Shown here piece by piece: positions 1-9,080 of a stretch of 64,000 bases of DNA. The DNA is from an uncultured Acidobacteriota bacterium. GTDB taxonomy: Bacteria; Acidobacteriota; Terriglobia; UBA7540. The DNA is taken from NCBI GenBank assembly GCA_963804995.1, contig CAWDSK010000003.1:1440001-1504000 (forward strand), in the 5' to 3' direction. The translations under genes and the position numbers were made by a program. Each line of letters opens with the position of its first letter. The first letter of the stretch is position 1. Under the pieces are notes generated by a model. It saw nothing but the letters and a program-made list of their open reading frames with translations. It did no database searches and was not told the DNA's origin.

Positions 1-591
1 CTGGATCTCCGCCCAATTCAGGGCCTCCAGCCAGTCCGATACCAGCCCGGGGTTTTCCGCATAGGCGTAGGAGAGCAGGTCCAGCCCTGCCCGGACGTGC
101 GCCGTGTCCAGCCCCACTGGACTCTCGTTCGGGAAGACCACGGTGTTCTCGCCCACTTTTCCCTGCAATTCCAGGAATTGGTCGCGGGGTGATTTGGAGG
201 AGGCGCCCCAAACGTTGCTCTTCCCCGCGAAGGTGAACATGTCGCCAAATTTTCGATTGTGCATTTCCTCGATGTTCCGCGGGATGTAATCGAGTAACCC
301 CGCCGCATCGTGGAACGGCCGGTCGATCAACCAGGTGGTCCACCACTCCTGCTTGTAAACAAAACCGTCAGCGTGGCGGATAATCTTCTCTTCCGCCGGC
401 GCTGATATGCCTTGAGTAATATCCAGCCGCTCGCCAATCGTCTTGCACACCAGGTCCAACCCGTTCTCAACAGTCACTTTTTCGCCGGTGACCAGTTCAA
501 TGAGTGGAATGTGCTGGATCAAATCAAAGACTGGAACGCGGTCAGGGAGTTCGTGCCGCAAAGTGCATTCGATGCGCTCGCGCGCTGTCAT
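1..591 (-). CDS. Uroporphyrinogen decarboxylase/MtaA-like (URO-D family) protein, 3' end beyond window edge
   Basis: Not in ORF track because it runs off the edge. Manual translation from ATG at 591: MTARERIECTLRHELPDRVPVFDLIQH..., open to base 1. The MTxRER...PDRVP start is typical of this family. Confidence 0.7.
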   Translation of the reverse strand, partial: MTARERIECTLRHELPDRVPVFDLIQHIPLIELVTGEKVTVENGLDLVCKTIGERLDITQGISAPAEEKIIRHADGFVYKQEWWTTWLIDRPFHDAAGLLDYIPRNIEEMHNRKFGDMFTFAGKSNVWGASSKSPRDQFLELQGKVGENTVVFPNESPVGLDTAHVRAGLDLLSYAYAENPGLVSDWLEALNWAEIQ

Positions 592-929
592 ACGATCTCG
601 GGGTAGTTTGCGCATGCTTTATCACCTCAGCAACAAGGTCGGACGGGAGTGGAGGCCGTACCGGTATCGGCCAGCGATTTCCTGAAAAGGTTTCAGCCAT
701 TGCTTTCCCCTTCCTGGCATGAAACGCGCAGGGTGAGATTCGCGGAGGCAGGAATCCGGTCGTCGGCAAAGCCCCGTCTACGGCGGGGGTAAAGGCGAAT
801 GAAAAAGTACTGAGACGGTTGCAGCCAGGGGCGAGTGTCCCCCCCTTGCAAGGGTTGAAGTCGAGGGTCAATCTGCAAGGGCGCGATCAATGCACCTCAT
901 GCCTGCGGCTCACAACACTCCAGCTCGCC

Positions 930-1928
930 TCAAGCCATGCAGGTCCCATGCGCATCGTCGAGGCCGTCGCGGTGCACGTGCAATCTCTCCTCCATCCCCC
1001 CGCGATTGGGCGCGAGCTTGCTGCGCACTTCTTCCATTTCCGCCGGAGTCATGGGCACGAAGTTGCGCGCGATCTCGATGTTATGCTCGAGCATCGCCAG
1101 CGTGGGCATTCCCACCACCGCGGCGCTGACCGGGAGGCTCATCGAGTAACGCAACAACATATCGATATCAGCTTTGGCAGGGGCATCATTACTGACCAGG
1201 AAATCCTGCCCCACCACTTTCATGGCAATCACGCCCATGTTCTTGCGCTTGGCCACGGGCAGGGCGACCTCTTCGAAATGGCCGTTCTTCGACCCGTTCA
1301 AGGCGAACTGCGTGCAATTCAGGTCGTGGCGCTCCAGGGCCTTGGCCAGAATCCTCCCGTCTCCATGGCAGCTCATGCCGATGAAGCGAGTCATCTTCTG
1401 GTCGCGGGCTTCCAGCAACCCTTTCAACGCGCCGTCGGGAGCTTCAATCTTCGCCAAGTCCTCTTCGCTTCCCAACTCGTGGATGTGCAGCAGGTCAACG
1501 TGGTCCACCTGTAAGCGCTTCAGGCTTTCCTCAAAACGCTTCATGAACCCATCGCGGGTGCGATCGGGAATTTTATCTGCCAGCCACACTTCATTGCGGC
1601 GCGTGGCCATTACTTTTCCCACCCAGGTCTCGCTCACGCCGTTGCCATACAAATAGGCGGTGTCAAGATAAGTAATGCCCAAGTCGATAGCGTGATTGAT
1701 GGCCTCGACTCCCTTATCTTCGTCTTTGTACATCAGCAGGCGACTGCCGCAGCCGAATGCCAGGATGGAAACTTTCGCGCCCGTCTGCCCTAACACGCGG
1801 TGCGGCAACTTGGTGCGGCGCGGGGGTTCAGCTTCCGCGAGGCTGGTCAAAAGTGGAAGGCTCGCCCCTGCCGCGGTACCCACTCCGAGACGCTCAAGAA
1901 ACTTTCTTCGGGAAAGATCATTGCTCAT
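930..1928 (-). CDS. Aldo/keto reductase with Tat signal peptide
   Basis: SRRKFL twin-arginine motif; LGQTG..VS.LAFG, GITYLDTAYLYG, SLKRLQVDHVDLLHIH, IGMSCH motifs; AAGGAG RBS before ATG 1928. Confidence 0.9.
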   Translation of the reverse strand: MSNDLSRRKFLERLGVGTAAGASLPLLTSLAEAEPPRRTKLPHRVLGQTGAKVSILAFGCGSRLLMYKDEDKGVEAINHAIDLGITYLDTAYLYGNGVSETWVGKVMATRRNEVWLADKIPDRTRDGFMKRFEESLKRLQVDHVDLLHIHELGSEEDLAKIEAPDGALKGLLEARDQKMTRFIGMSCHGDGRILAKALERHDLNCTQFALNGSKNGHFEEVALPVAKRKNMGVIAMKVVGQDFLVSNDAPAKADIDMLLRYSMSLPVSAAVVGMPTLAMLEHNIEIARNFVPMTPAEMEEVRSKLAPNRGGMEERLHVHRDGLDDAHGTCMA

Positions 1929-1976
1929 AGCCAACTCCTTTATGATTTCAAGTGTCAGTTCGTCATGAAAACTTTT

Positions 1977-2702
1977 TCAGTGCGTGGACGCCGGACGAAG
2001 CTGGAGGCCCCCCTGGGAGCAACCCGCATCCCCCGAAGTCAACTTGACGTCGGTGAAGTCCCCGGTTTCGTCGAACGATCCCAATCCAATCTGGCCGCAG
2101 GTAAACGTGCTGTCGTGGGTTGAGAAATAGGGCGTTCGATCGCCATCCACGTAAACCTCAATCAGGCCCGAGGTCACGTCCCTATGCAATCGTACGCTGT
2201 GCCAAGCCTTATCCGGAAGCGCCGCACGGTCCGGAATGGGAGGGATGCGTTTCCGAGGTTCACCATTAACAATAAAGATGCCGTTGTGCATGACCTTATC
2301 GGTGCCGGGATGCTCGGCCAGGTGAGCGTAATAGAAGTGCAGATCGTCGACGTAATTGAACACGATCATCATCGCTTCACTTTCGCGGCGCACCTCAGTT
2401 TCCAAATCAAAACTGCCGACCCGCGCTTTTCTCAGGAGCGCAAACTGCACCGGGCGGCGCGGCACTCCCGGCTCGCGACTTCTTTTCATGTGCAGGAAAT
2501 GCTGCGGCCCTTCAGACAGGATTTCCCAATCCTCCGGGTGCTGGAATTCCCAGGGGTCCAGTTTCCCGGAGGAGAAATCTTCGTAGAATTGGATTCTGCG
2601 TATTACCGGGGTGGCAGGAGTAAGAACGAGGGAAGCGGATACCGTCGAGGCCAGAACCAATAGTGCCAGGGATAGTAATGCCCACCAGGGTCTTACATGC
2701 AT
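1977..2702 (-). CDS. Secreted beta-sandwich (ConA/DUF1080-like) hypothetical protein
   Basis: Signal peptide; WHSVRL...IEVYVDG...GQIGLGSFD pattern. Confidence 0.6.
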   Translation of the reverse strand: MHVRPWWALLSLALLVLASTVSASLVLTPATPVIRRIQFYEDFSSGKLDPWEFQHPEDWEILSEGPQHFLHMKRSREPGVPRRPVQFALLRKARVGSFDLETEVRRESEAMMIVFNYVDDLHFYYAHLAEHPGTDKVMHNGIFIVNGEPRKRIPPIPDRAALPDKAWHSVRLHRDVTSGLIEVYVDGDRTPYFSTHDSTFTCGQIGLGSFDETGDFTDVKLTSGDAGCSQGGLQLRPASTH

Positions 2703-2812
2703 TCCAGACCACCTTCGCGCGTCGGACGCAATGTCCGCGCACGTATTTCGCGCTTATCCTAGTTCACCGGTGCGCGCCTGTCAACAACGCAGCGCCTAAC
2801 GACGGTCATTGA

Positions 2813-2866
2813 GTTGTAGCGGCGAGTTTACCTCGCCATATGGCGAGGTAAACTCGCCGCTACAAC
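2813..2866. repeat. 54-bp perfect palindrome, GTAG-type REP-like element
   Basis: gttgtagcggcgagtttacctcgccat-atggcgaggtaaactcgccgctacaac; related copies at 5390-5465, 54190-54260 and 58037-58107. Confidence 0.9.
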
Positions 2867-2889
2867 ATCAGATTGGCCCACTCCCCCCC

Positions 2890-3906
2890 TCAGGCCTGTT
2901 GCGGCAGGATTTGGACCTTCGTGGCGGTCCCAGCCGCCTGCACCTCAAAGGCTTTTTTAAACTCCGCCAGGGGAAATGCAGCGATGCGGAGTTTCTCCAA
3001 TCCCATCTGGGGCAGAAGGTGCACGGCCCGCTCATGGGTAAAGGGATTGATCAACGCGCCGACTACGGTGAGTTCGCCGGAAAAAATTTCGTAGGGCCGG
3101 ACGCTGGCCGTGGCATTCATGGGGGCAACACCGAACACCAGGATCGTCCCCCCACGGGCGGCGAGAGAAACCCCTTGCTCAAAGGTTCGAGAGCTGCCCA
3201 CGGCATCGATAACGGCGTCAAAGCCTTGCCCCTCGGTCGCGTCCGTTATGGCGGACTTCCAATCTGGATCCTGGGGGTCCAAAGCGCGATCGGCGCCAAA
3301 CGCCAAGGCATCCTGCCGGCGCAAGGCACCCGGCTCACTCACTACGATCAACCCTGCGCCCGCGAGCCGCGCCAATCGCATCAGCATCAGCCCAATCATT
3401 CCGGCGCCCAACACCACGACCGTAGACCCCGACACCAATCCCAGCTTGTCCATGCCGTGAATGCAACACGCCAGCGGCTCCGTGAGGCAGCCCACGCGAG
3501 GCTCAAGCGTGGTGGGCAGATGATAAACAACCTTCGCGGTTACGATTTGGCCCTCGGCAAACCCGCCGTTCATGTGGACGCCAAAACCCCGCAACTGAGG
3601 GCAGAGATGCTCGCGGCCCGTACGGCAAAAACGGCAGACGGTGCAAAAGGTATTGGGTTGGACCGTAACGAAATCACCCTCGCGAAAACCCTGCACGTCC
3701 GCTCCCACGGCGTCGACGAACCCGGCAACCTCGTGGCCTAGCACCACCGGTGGCGCTGCCGGAAACTCTCCGTGCAGAATGTGCGCGTCGGTCCCACAGA
3801 CCCCGACCGCCACAGGTCGAATCCGCACCTCGCCCGGTCCCGGATTGGGTGCGGGCAGCTCTTCCAAGCGCAAATCTTCGCGACCGTGGAAGCGGAGCCC
3901 TCTCAT
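2890..3906 (-). CDS. Zn-dependent alcohol/polyol dehydrogenase (MDR family)
   Basis: CGTD, GHE, CxxCxxC...C structural Zn site, GAGMIG; start may be 3906 or 3954. Confidence 0.9.
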   Translation of the reverse strand: MRGLRFHGREDLRLEELPAPNPGPGEVRIRPVAVGVCGTDAHILHGEFPAAPPVVLGHEVAGFVDAVGADVQGFREGDFVTVQPNTFCTVCRFCRTGREHLCPQLRGFGVHMNGGFAEGQIVTAKVVYHLPTTLEPRVGCLTEPLACCIHGMDKLGLVSGSTVVVLGAGMIGLMLMRLARLAGAGLIVVSEPGALRRQDALAFGADRALDPQDPDWKSAITDATEGQGFDAVIDAVGSSRTFEQGVSLAARGGTILVFGVAPMNATASVRPYEIFSGELTVVGALINPFTHERAVHLLPQMGLEKLRIAAFPLAEFKKAFEVQAAGTATKVQILPQQA

Positions 3907-4096
3907 TTTGGAGCCGAGGGGTCTAAGCCTTGAAGCATCAGCACAAGTAGTCATAGGTAATCCTTTTCTACAGGAAATGAATACAAATAGTAACCTGGTC
4001 CGTCACCATCCCAGGCTGTTCAAATTAGCAGGAAAGCGTCACACTTCATTCGGCTCCGCCGTCCCGCTGTTATGAAAATAGCCTGTGCTGAAGGCA

Positions 4097-4203
4097 CTTT
4101 GGAGTGCGGTCGCAGCAGCTACCGCCCTTTTCCTCCATCCTTTGCGCACTCGCGGCATGAACTACAGGCGGAAGGCGGTAGCTGCTGCGACCGCACTCCA
4201 AAG
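4097..4203. repeat. REP-like inverted repeat with 30-bp arms
   Basis: ctttggagtgcggtcgcagcagctaccgcc ... ggcggtagctgctgcgaccgcactccaaag; second copy at 49107-49216. Confidence 0.85.
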
Positions 4204-4253
4204 CGCTGCGCGCATTTTCATCATAAGGGGTGGCGCCGGAGGCGGCGGGGTGG

Positions 4254-5354
4254 TTACGCGAGCGCCCGCGCACCGCGCCGGGTCAAAGCCTTCCCCGCTC
4301 TGTCGAAGAGGTGTGCGGCCTGACAGCGGATTCGAAACGCCACGCGGTCACCGATGCGAATCGAAGTGTCACCGTCAGTCTGCACTATAAGCCTCTTTCC
4401 ATCCGGCAGCCCGGCGTGGAGATAAGCGCGTGGCCCGAGATGCTCCAGCGCGTCGATTTCGCCTTCGAGTTCACCTCCCGCTTCCACTGCCACGTGCTCA
4501 GGCCGAACCCCCAGCTTGATTCCCTCCCCTGGCTTCAACGCCTCGACGGGCGCCGGTACGGTCACACTCGCACCGTTTGAGAGGACCAGGCAAAGTTCGC
4601 GATCGCTCGCCGTTTTGACCACGGCGTCCAGAAGATTCATCTTGGGGGCGCCGATGAATCCGGCCACGAAGAGAGTCTCCGGATTCTGGTACAGCTCGAG
4701 TGGCGATCCCAATTGCTCAACTCTCCCTTCGTTGAGCACCACAATCCGGTCGGCCATGGTCATCGCTTCCAACTGGTCGTGCGTGACGTAGACCATCGTC
4801 GTCTTGAGTTCGCGGTGCAGGCGCACCAATTCCAGCCGCATCTGGGCTTGCAGCGCCGCATCAAGATTCGATAACGGCTCGTCGAGCAGGAAGGCTTTGG
4901 GCTGCCGCACCATGGCACGCCCAATCGCTACGCGCTGCAACTGCCCTCCGGAGAGCTGGCGCGGCTTGCGCTCGAGCAGCGGTTCCATCTCCAGGATGCG
5001 CGCGACGGCGCGAACCTTCTGCTCCCGTTCTTCCTTCGCAATGCCCGCCAGGCGCAAGCTGAAGCTCATGTTCTCCGCCACGGTCATGTGCGGGTACAGC
5101 GCGTAACTCTGAAACACCATGGCCAGGCCGCGCTGCGAAGGCGGCACATCCTGGGCGGCAGCGCCGTCAATCAGGACTGCGCCATCGCTGACCTCTTCCA
5201 ACCCGGCGATCATCCGCAGCAGAGTTGATTTGCCGCTCCCGGAAGGCCCCACGAAGGCGATGAATTCCCGGTCCTTGATCAGCAGATCAATGCCATGGAT
5301 TACCTCGTGAGCGCCAAATCTCTTCCGCACATTTTTCAACTCGATGGTCGCCAT
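4254..5354 (-). CDS. Polyol (sorbitol/mannitol) ABC transporter ATP-binding subunit, SmoK/MtlK-like
   Basis: [30 protein letters not shown]-terminal TOBE-like region. Confidence 0.92.
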   Translation of the reverse strand: MATIELKNVRKRFGAHEVIHGIDLLIKDREFIAFVGPSGSGKSTLLRMIAGLEEVSDGAVLIDGAAAQDVPPSQRGLAMVFQSYALYPHMTVAENMSFSLRLAGIAKEEREQKVRAVARILEMEPLLERKPRQLSGGQLQRVAIGRAMVRQPKAFLLDEPLSNLDAALQAQMRLELVRLHRELKTTMVYVTHDQLEAMTMADRIVVLNEGRVEQLGSPLELYQNPETLFVAGFIGAPKMNLLDAVVKTASDRELCLVLSNGASVTVPAPVEALKPGEGIKLGVRPEHVAVEAGGELEGEIDALEHLGPRAYLHAGLPDGKRLIVQTDGDTSIRIGDRVAFRIRCQAAHLFDRAGKALTRRGARALA

Positions 5355-5389
5355 TGCTCGGAAACTCCGGTAGTCGGTCAATTGGATAC

Positions 5390-5465
5390 TGTAGCGGCGA
5401 GTTTACCCCGTCATATTGTAGCGGCGATTTTACATCGCCATATGGCGAGGTAAACTCGCCGCTAC
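5390..5465. repeat. GTAG-type REP-like palindrome with duplicated left arm, inside the ABC operon
   Basis: Same family as 2813-2866. Confidence 0.85.
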
Positions 5466-5469
5466 GAAA

Positions 5470-6291
5470 TCACTTCACCGCACCAAACGAGAGGCCGCGT
5501 ACCAACTGCCGCTGGCTGAGCCATCCGAATATCAGGATGGGCGTGATCGATAACGTTGACGCCGCTGACAGCTTCGCCCAGAACAGGCCTTCGGGACTGG
5601 CGAAGGACGCCGTGAAGTTGGCCAGTGTGGCGGCCTTCACGGTGGTCAGGTTCAGACTCCAAAACGCCTCGTTCCAGCTAAGGATGATGGATAGCAGCGC
5701 CGTGGCGGCGATGCCGGGCGTGCACAAGGGCAACAGGACATGCACCAGTTCATCCCACGGCGACGCTCCGTCCATGCGGCTGGCCTCCAGGATCACCGCG
5801 GGCACTTCCCGGAAGAAGGTAAAGAGCATCCACACCACAATCGGCAGGACGCTGGCGCTATCAATCAGAATGAGCCCGGAGACCGTGTCCAGCAGGTGGA
5901 GATCGCGCCACAACAGGTAAATCGGAACCAGGACGCCCACCGCAGGCAACATTTTGGTCGAGAGCATCCAAAGCAGCATGTCCCGCGTGCGCCGCGTGGG
6001 GAAAAAGGCCATGCTGTAAGCCGCAGGGATGGCCAGCGCCAGGGCCAGCAGAGTCGACCCCAGAGAAACCAGGATGCTGTTTCTTGCGAACGCCACGTAG
6101 TCAGCCCGCTGCAGGACCGCGGCGTAATTCTCGAGGGTCGGCCGGAAGAGCAGCACGGGAGGTGTCGCAACCGCAGTGATCTCCGTCTTAAAGCTGGTCA
6201 GGAACATCCACAAGATCGGGAAAAACATTCCCAACCCGACGGCCCAACCGGCTATCGTCAAACCCCATCGCTGCTGCCAAGTGCTTCTCAA
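5470..6291 (-). CDS. Polyol ABC transporter permease, SmoG/MtlG-like
   Basis: EASRMDGA (EAA) loop, GLFWAKLSAAS, QLVRGLSFGAVK; likely TTG start overlapping the upstream stop (TTGA). Confidence 0.88.
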   Translation of the reverse strand: MRSTWQQRWGLTIAGWAVGLGMFFPILWMFLTSFKTEITAVATPPVLLFRPTLENYAAVLQRADYVAFARNSILVSLGSTLLALALAIPAAYSMAFFPTRRTRDMLLWMLSTKMLPAVGVLVPIYLLWRDLHLLDTVSGLILIDSASVLPIVVWMLFTFFREVPAVILEASRMDGASPWDELVHVLLPLCTPGIAATALLSIILSWNEAFWSLNLTTVKAATLANFTASFASPEGLFWAKLSAASTLSITPILIFGWLSQRQLVRGLSFGAVK

Positions 6292-7181
6292 CGGTAATCC
6301 TCCAGATTGCGCCCCACCACTCGCATGAAGAAAAAGGCGACGATATTCGCCAGGATGATGGCAATCACTCCGCCCGCGGAGGCGCGCCCTACGTCCCATC
6401 CCAATAACGCGTCGCGAAAGATCAGATAAGCGAGGTTCGTGGAAGCAAGCCCCGGGCCTCCGCCCGTCGTAACATAGATCTCCGCAAAGAGGCTGAGAAA
6501 GAAAATCGTTTCCATCATCGCTACGACTGACATGGGCCGCAGCAGATGAGGCAACTCAATGTGATAGAAAAGCGCCACAGGCCCCGCGCCATCCAGGCGG
6601 GCCGCCTCTTTCAGTTCCGGGTTCAGCGACTGCAGCGCCGGAAGCAGGATCAGCACCGCAAAAGGAGTCCACTCCCAACTGACAATCAGAGCGATAGAGA
6701 GCAGCGGGACGTGGGAGAAGAATTCGATGGTACCGAGCCCGCAGGAGCGGGTGATCCAGGCGAAGAGCCCGAACACCGGGTTCATCAGCATGTTCTTCCA
6801 GATCAATGCGCTCACCGTGGGCATGACGAAGAACGGGGCAATGACCAGCCAGCGGCAGAGGTTGCGTCCCGGAAAATCCTTATCCAGCAGAACGGAGAAG
6901 AGCGTCCCCCCTACCAGTGTGACCAGCAGAACCAGCCCCACCAGAAACAGGGTGTTGCCCATGGCCACCCAGAGGGCGCGGTTGGTGAGGAGAGAGCGGT
7001 AATTCTCCCAGCCGGCGAAGGCGCTTTTTCCGGGAAGCAGAAGGTTATAGCGCTCCCCGGAAAACCAGAGCGTCATCGCCAGAGGTACGATCATCCACAA
7101 AAACAAAAAGGCGACGCAGGGCGCAAGCAGCGGCGCTGTGCGAAAACGGCGGTGCGATTTTTCGAGGCTGATCCCGTTCAC
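6288..7181 (-). CDS. Polyol ABC transporter permease, SmoF/MtlF-like
   Basis: APFFVMPTVSALIWKNM, EAARLDGA, GGPGLASTNL. Confidence 0.9.
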   Translation of the reverse strand: MNGISLEKSHRRFRTAPLLAPCVAFLFLWMIVPLAMTLWFSGERYNLLLPGKSAFAGWENYRSLLTNRALWVAMGNTLFLVGLVLLVTLVGGTLFSVLLDKDFPGRNLCRWLVIAPFFVMPTVSALIWKNMLMNPVFGLFAWITRSCGLGTIEFFSHVPLLSIALIVSWEWTPFAVLILLPALQSLNPELKEAARLDGAGPVALFYHIELPHLLRPMSVVAMMETIFFLSLFAEIYVTTGGGPGLASTNLAYLIFRDALLGWDVGRASAGGVIAIILANIVAFFFMRVVGRNLEDYR

Positions 7182-8548
7182 TTCCGTTGCCTTCCTGCGA
7201 TGGCGCGTTCGGTGTCCGCCTGCGCCCGCGCCAACGCTTGCTCCACCGTCACCGTCCCTGCCAATGCCGCGCTGATTTCCTGGCCGACTTCCGTGCCGAT
7301 GGCCTGAAACTCCGGAATGCCCACGTACTGAATCCCCACGTAAGGAACCGGCAAGGCGCTGGGCTTCCGATAATCCGCGTTCAGAATCCCCTCGCGTACC
7401 AGCGTTGCAAAGGGGGCGGCGCGCTGGTATTCAGGATTATCGTAAGTGGATTGCCGCGAGCCCGGGGGGACCCACAGCCAGCCATACCGCTCCCCCACCC
7501 GGACAATGTAACTGCGGCTGGTTGCCCACTTGACGAACTGTTTGGCGAGGGCGCTGCGCGGGGACGAGGTGGGAATGGCCAGCGCCCAGCTCCACACCCA
7601 GGCCGCGCCGTTGGGAAATCTGGCGACGGGCATCTTGGCGAAACCCGTGGTCGTGGCGACGCGGCTCTGGCGCGAGTCCAGAAAATAGGGCGCGGCCGAA
7701 GTAGCGTCCACCCACATGGCGCAGTTGCCGTTGGCGAACAGGGCGCGGTTTTCGTTGTAGCCGTTGGTAATGGCCCCCGGCGGCCCGTAGTTGCGCAGCA
7801 AGTCGACATAAAAACTTACGGCTTCAATCCAAGCCGGACTGGTGAGCTGCGGTTGCCAGTCAAGGTCGAACCAACGGCCGCCAAACGTGTGGACAAGGGT
7901 GCTGACGTAGCTTGTGTTCTGCCCCCAGCCGGGCTCGCCGCGCAGGCAGATGCCGTAGACGCCGTGCTCCGGGTCATGCAGCTTTTCGGCAAACTGGCAG
8001 ATCTGCTCGTAACGGGGCGCGAGGGGCATTTCGATCCCGGCCTTTTGGAACAGGTCCTTGCGGTAGTAAGTAAAGCTGCTCTCTCCATAAAAGGGCGCCG
8101 CGTACATTTTCCCTTGATACGAAAGGCCCTGGCGGATCACCTGAAAGATGTCGTCATATCCATAGTCCGCGCCCAGGTCGTCCACAGCAACCAGCCAGCC
8201 GCGCTCTCCCCAGAGGGGGGCTTCGTAGGATCCGATGGTAATTACATCAAAGGTGTTGCTGCCGGTAGAAATATCTACCGTCAATCGTTGCCGCAGGACG
8301 TTCTCGCCCAGGACCACCCAATTCAATTTGACGCCATTCTGCTTTTCGAATTCCTTGGAAAGCTGCTGCATCAGGATCATGTCAGCGTTGTTCACGGTGG
8401 CAATGGTCAGCTCCGGCCGAGAAGGCGGCGGATAGAGAATCCACGCCAGCAGCGCCGCGCCCAGCAACAGTCCAAGTTTTTTCCAAGTCAGATTTGCGGA
8501 TGCCATGTCATTGTGATCGGCAGTCGTCCCACCCGCTGGCCAGGACAT
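7178..8548 (-). CDS. Polyol ABC transporter substrate-binding protein, SmoE/MtlE-like
   Basis: LTIATVNNADMI, ENVLRQR, PFYGESS, GICLRG.PGWG, MWVDAT, PYVGIQYVGIPEFQ; start could be 8506. Confidence 0.9.
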   Translation of the reverse strand: MSWPAGGTTADHNDMASANLTWKKLGLLLGAALLAWILYPPPSRPELTIATVNNADMILMQQLSKEFEKQNGVKLNWVVLGENVLRQRLTVDISTGSNTFDVITIGSYEAPLWGERGWLVAVDDLGADYGYDDIFQVIRQGLSYQGKMYAAPFYGESSFTYYRKDLFQKAGIEMPLAPRYEQICQFAEKLHDPEHGVYGICLRGEPGWGQNTSYVSTLVHTFGGRWFDLDWQPQLTSPAWIEAVSFYVDLLRNYGPPGAITNGYNENRALFANGNCAMWVDATSAAPYFLDSRQSRVATTTGFAKMPVARFPNGAAWVWSWALAIPTSSPRSALAKQFVKWATSRSYIVRVGERYGWLWVPPGSRQSTYDNPEYQRAAPFATLVREGILNADYRKPSALPVPYVGIQYVGIPEFQAIGTEVGQEISAALAGTVTVEQALARAQADTERAIAGRQRK

Positions 8549-8566
8549 AGCGGCCTCGCGCTGGTC

Positions 8567-8744
8567 GGCTGGCGCCCCGACGAGTCGGGGCGATTTCCCA
8601 ACCGGATTTGTGCGGGCCTGCGGCTCATCCCAGTGGGCTGATAGTACGGCGTGCGGTCGGAAAGTCTATCCGCGTCCAGCCCTTGCCTGAAGAGTGTCCC
8701 TTCGGAACATCGCAGACCCCCAAGTGCCGGGGTCTGCGCCAGCC
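8567..8744. repeat. ~180-bp REP doublet (REPIN/BIME-like), unoccupied copy of the intron target family
   Basis: Colinear with 9071-9080 joined to 10994-11170; ends cgcagacccccaagtgccggggtctgcgccagcc. Confidence 0.85.
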
Positions 8745-8772
8745 AGCGGCACTCGGATGACCATGAAGCTAG

Positions 8773-8906
8773 CCCTCTCCGTTGGGGAGAGGGTGGACCG
8801 CAACCGGCGCTTTCACCAGCCCGGGCGGGCCGGGCCTACGCCCGCCGAAGGGGCTCGGGCAATACCTAGACCACTTCGGCTTCGGCCCGCAGGCGGGTGA
8901 GGGGTC
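8773..8906. repeat. ccctctccc...gggagaggg/ggtgagggg palindromic family with nested ~63-bp insert
   Basis: Family members at ~16421-16556, 20823-20872, 21015-21147, 28494-28660, 30628-30720, 39660-39795 and 61947-62104. Confidence 0.8.
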
Positions 8907-9080
8907 ACTTCCAGGCCGGCCAGCGAACACTCGGACTTTTTTCATCAGCTTGCTCATCCGACTGCGAGCGGGAGTCTACATCACGGCGAGCACTGCTTGC
9001 AAATTCCATTCAAAGTGCCGATTATGAGCGGTGGCAACAGTACCGATGTTGGATATAACGTTGGTGTCCGACGGCTGGCG

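Noticed and set aside
600..930. Possible riboswitch upstream of the URO-D-like gene (hairpin ccccgtctacggcgggg)
   Set aside because: I could not match the cores of cobalamin, c-di-GMP or SAM riboswitches; an Rfam scan would be needed.
7187..8641. Long antisense ORFs (e.g. 7187-8641 +, 9164-10399 +, 18216-19874 -, 25934-27316 +, 36344-37672 -, 37672-39618 -)
   Set aside because: They shadow well-supported genes on the other strand, have no recognisable motifs, and are expected in high-GC DNA.
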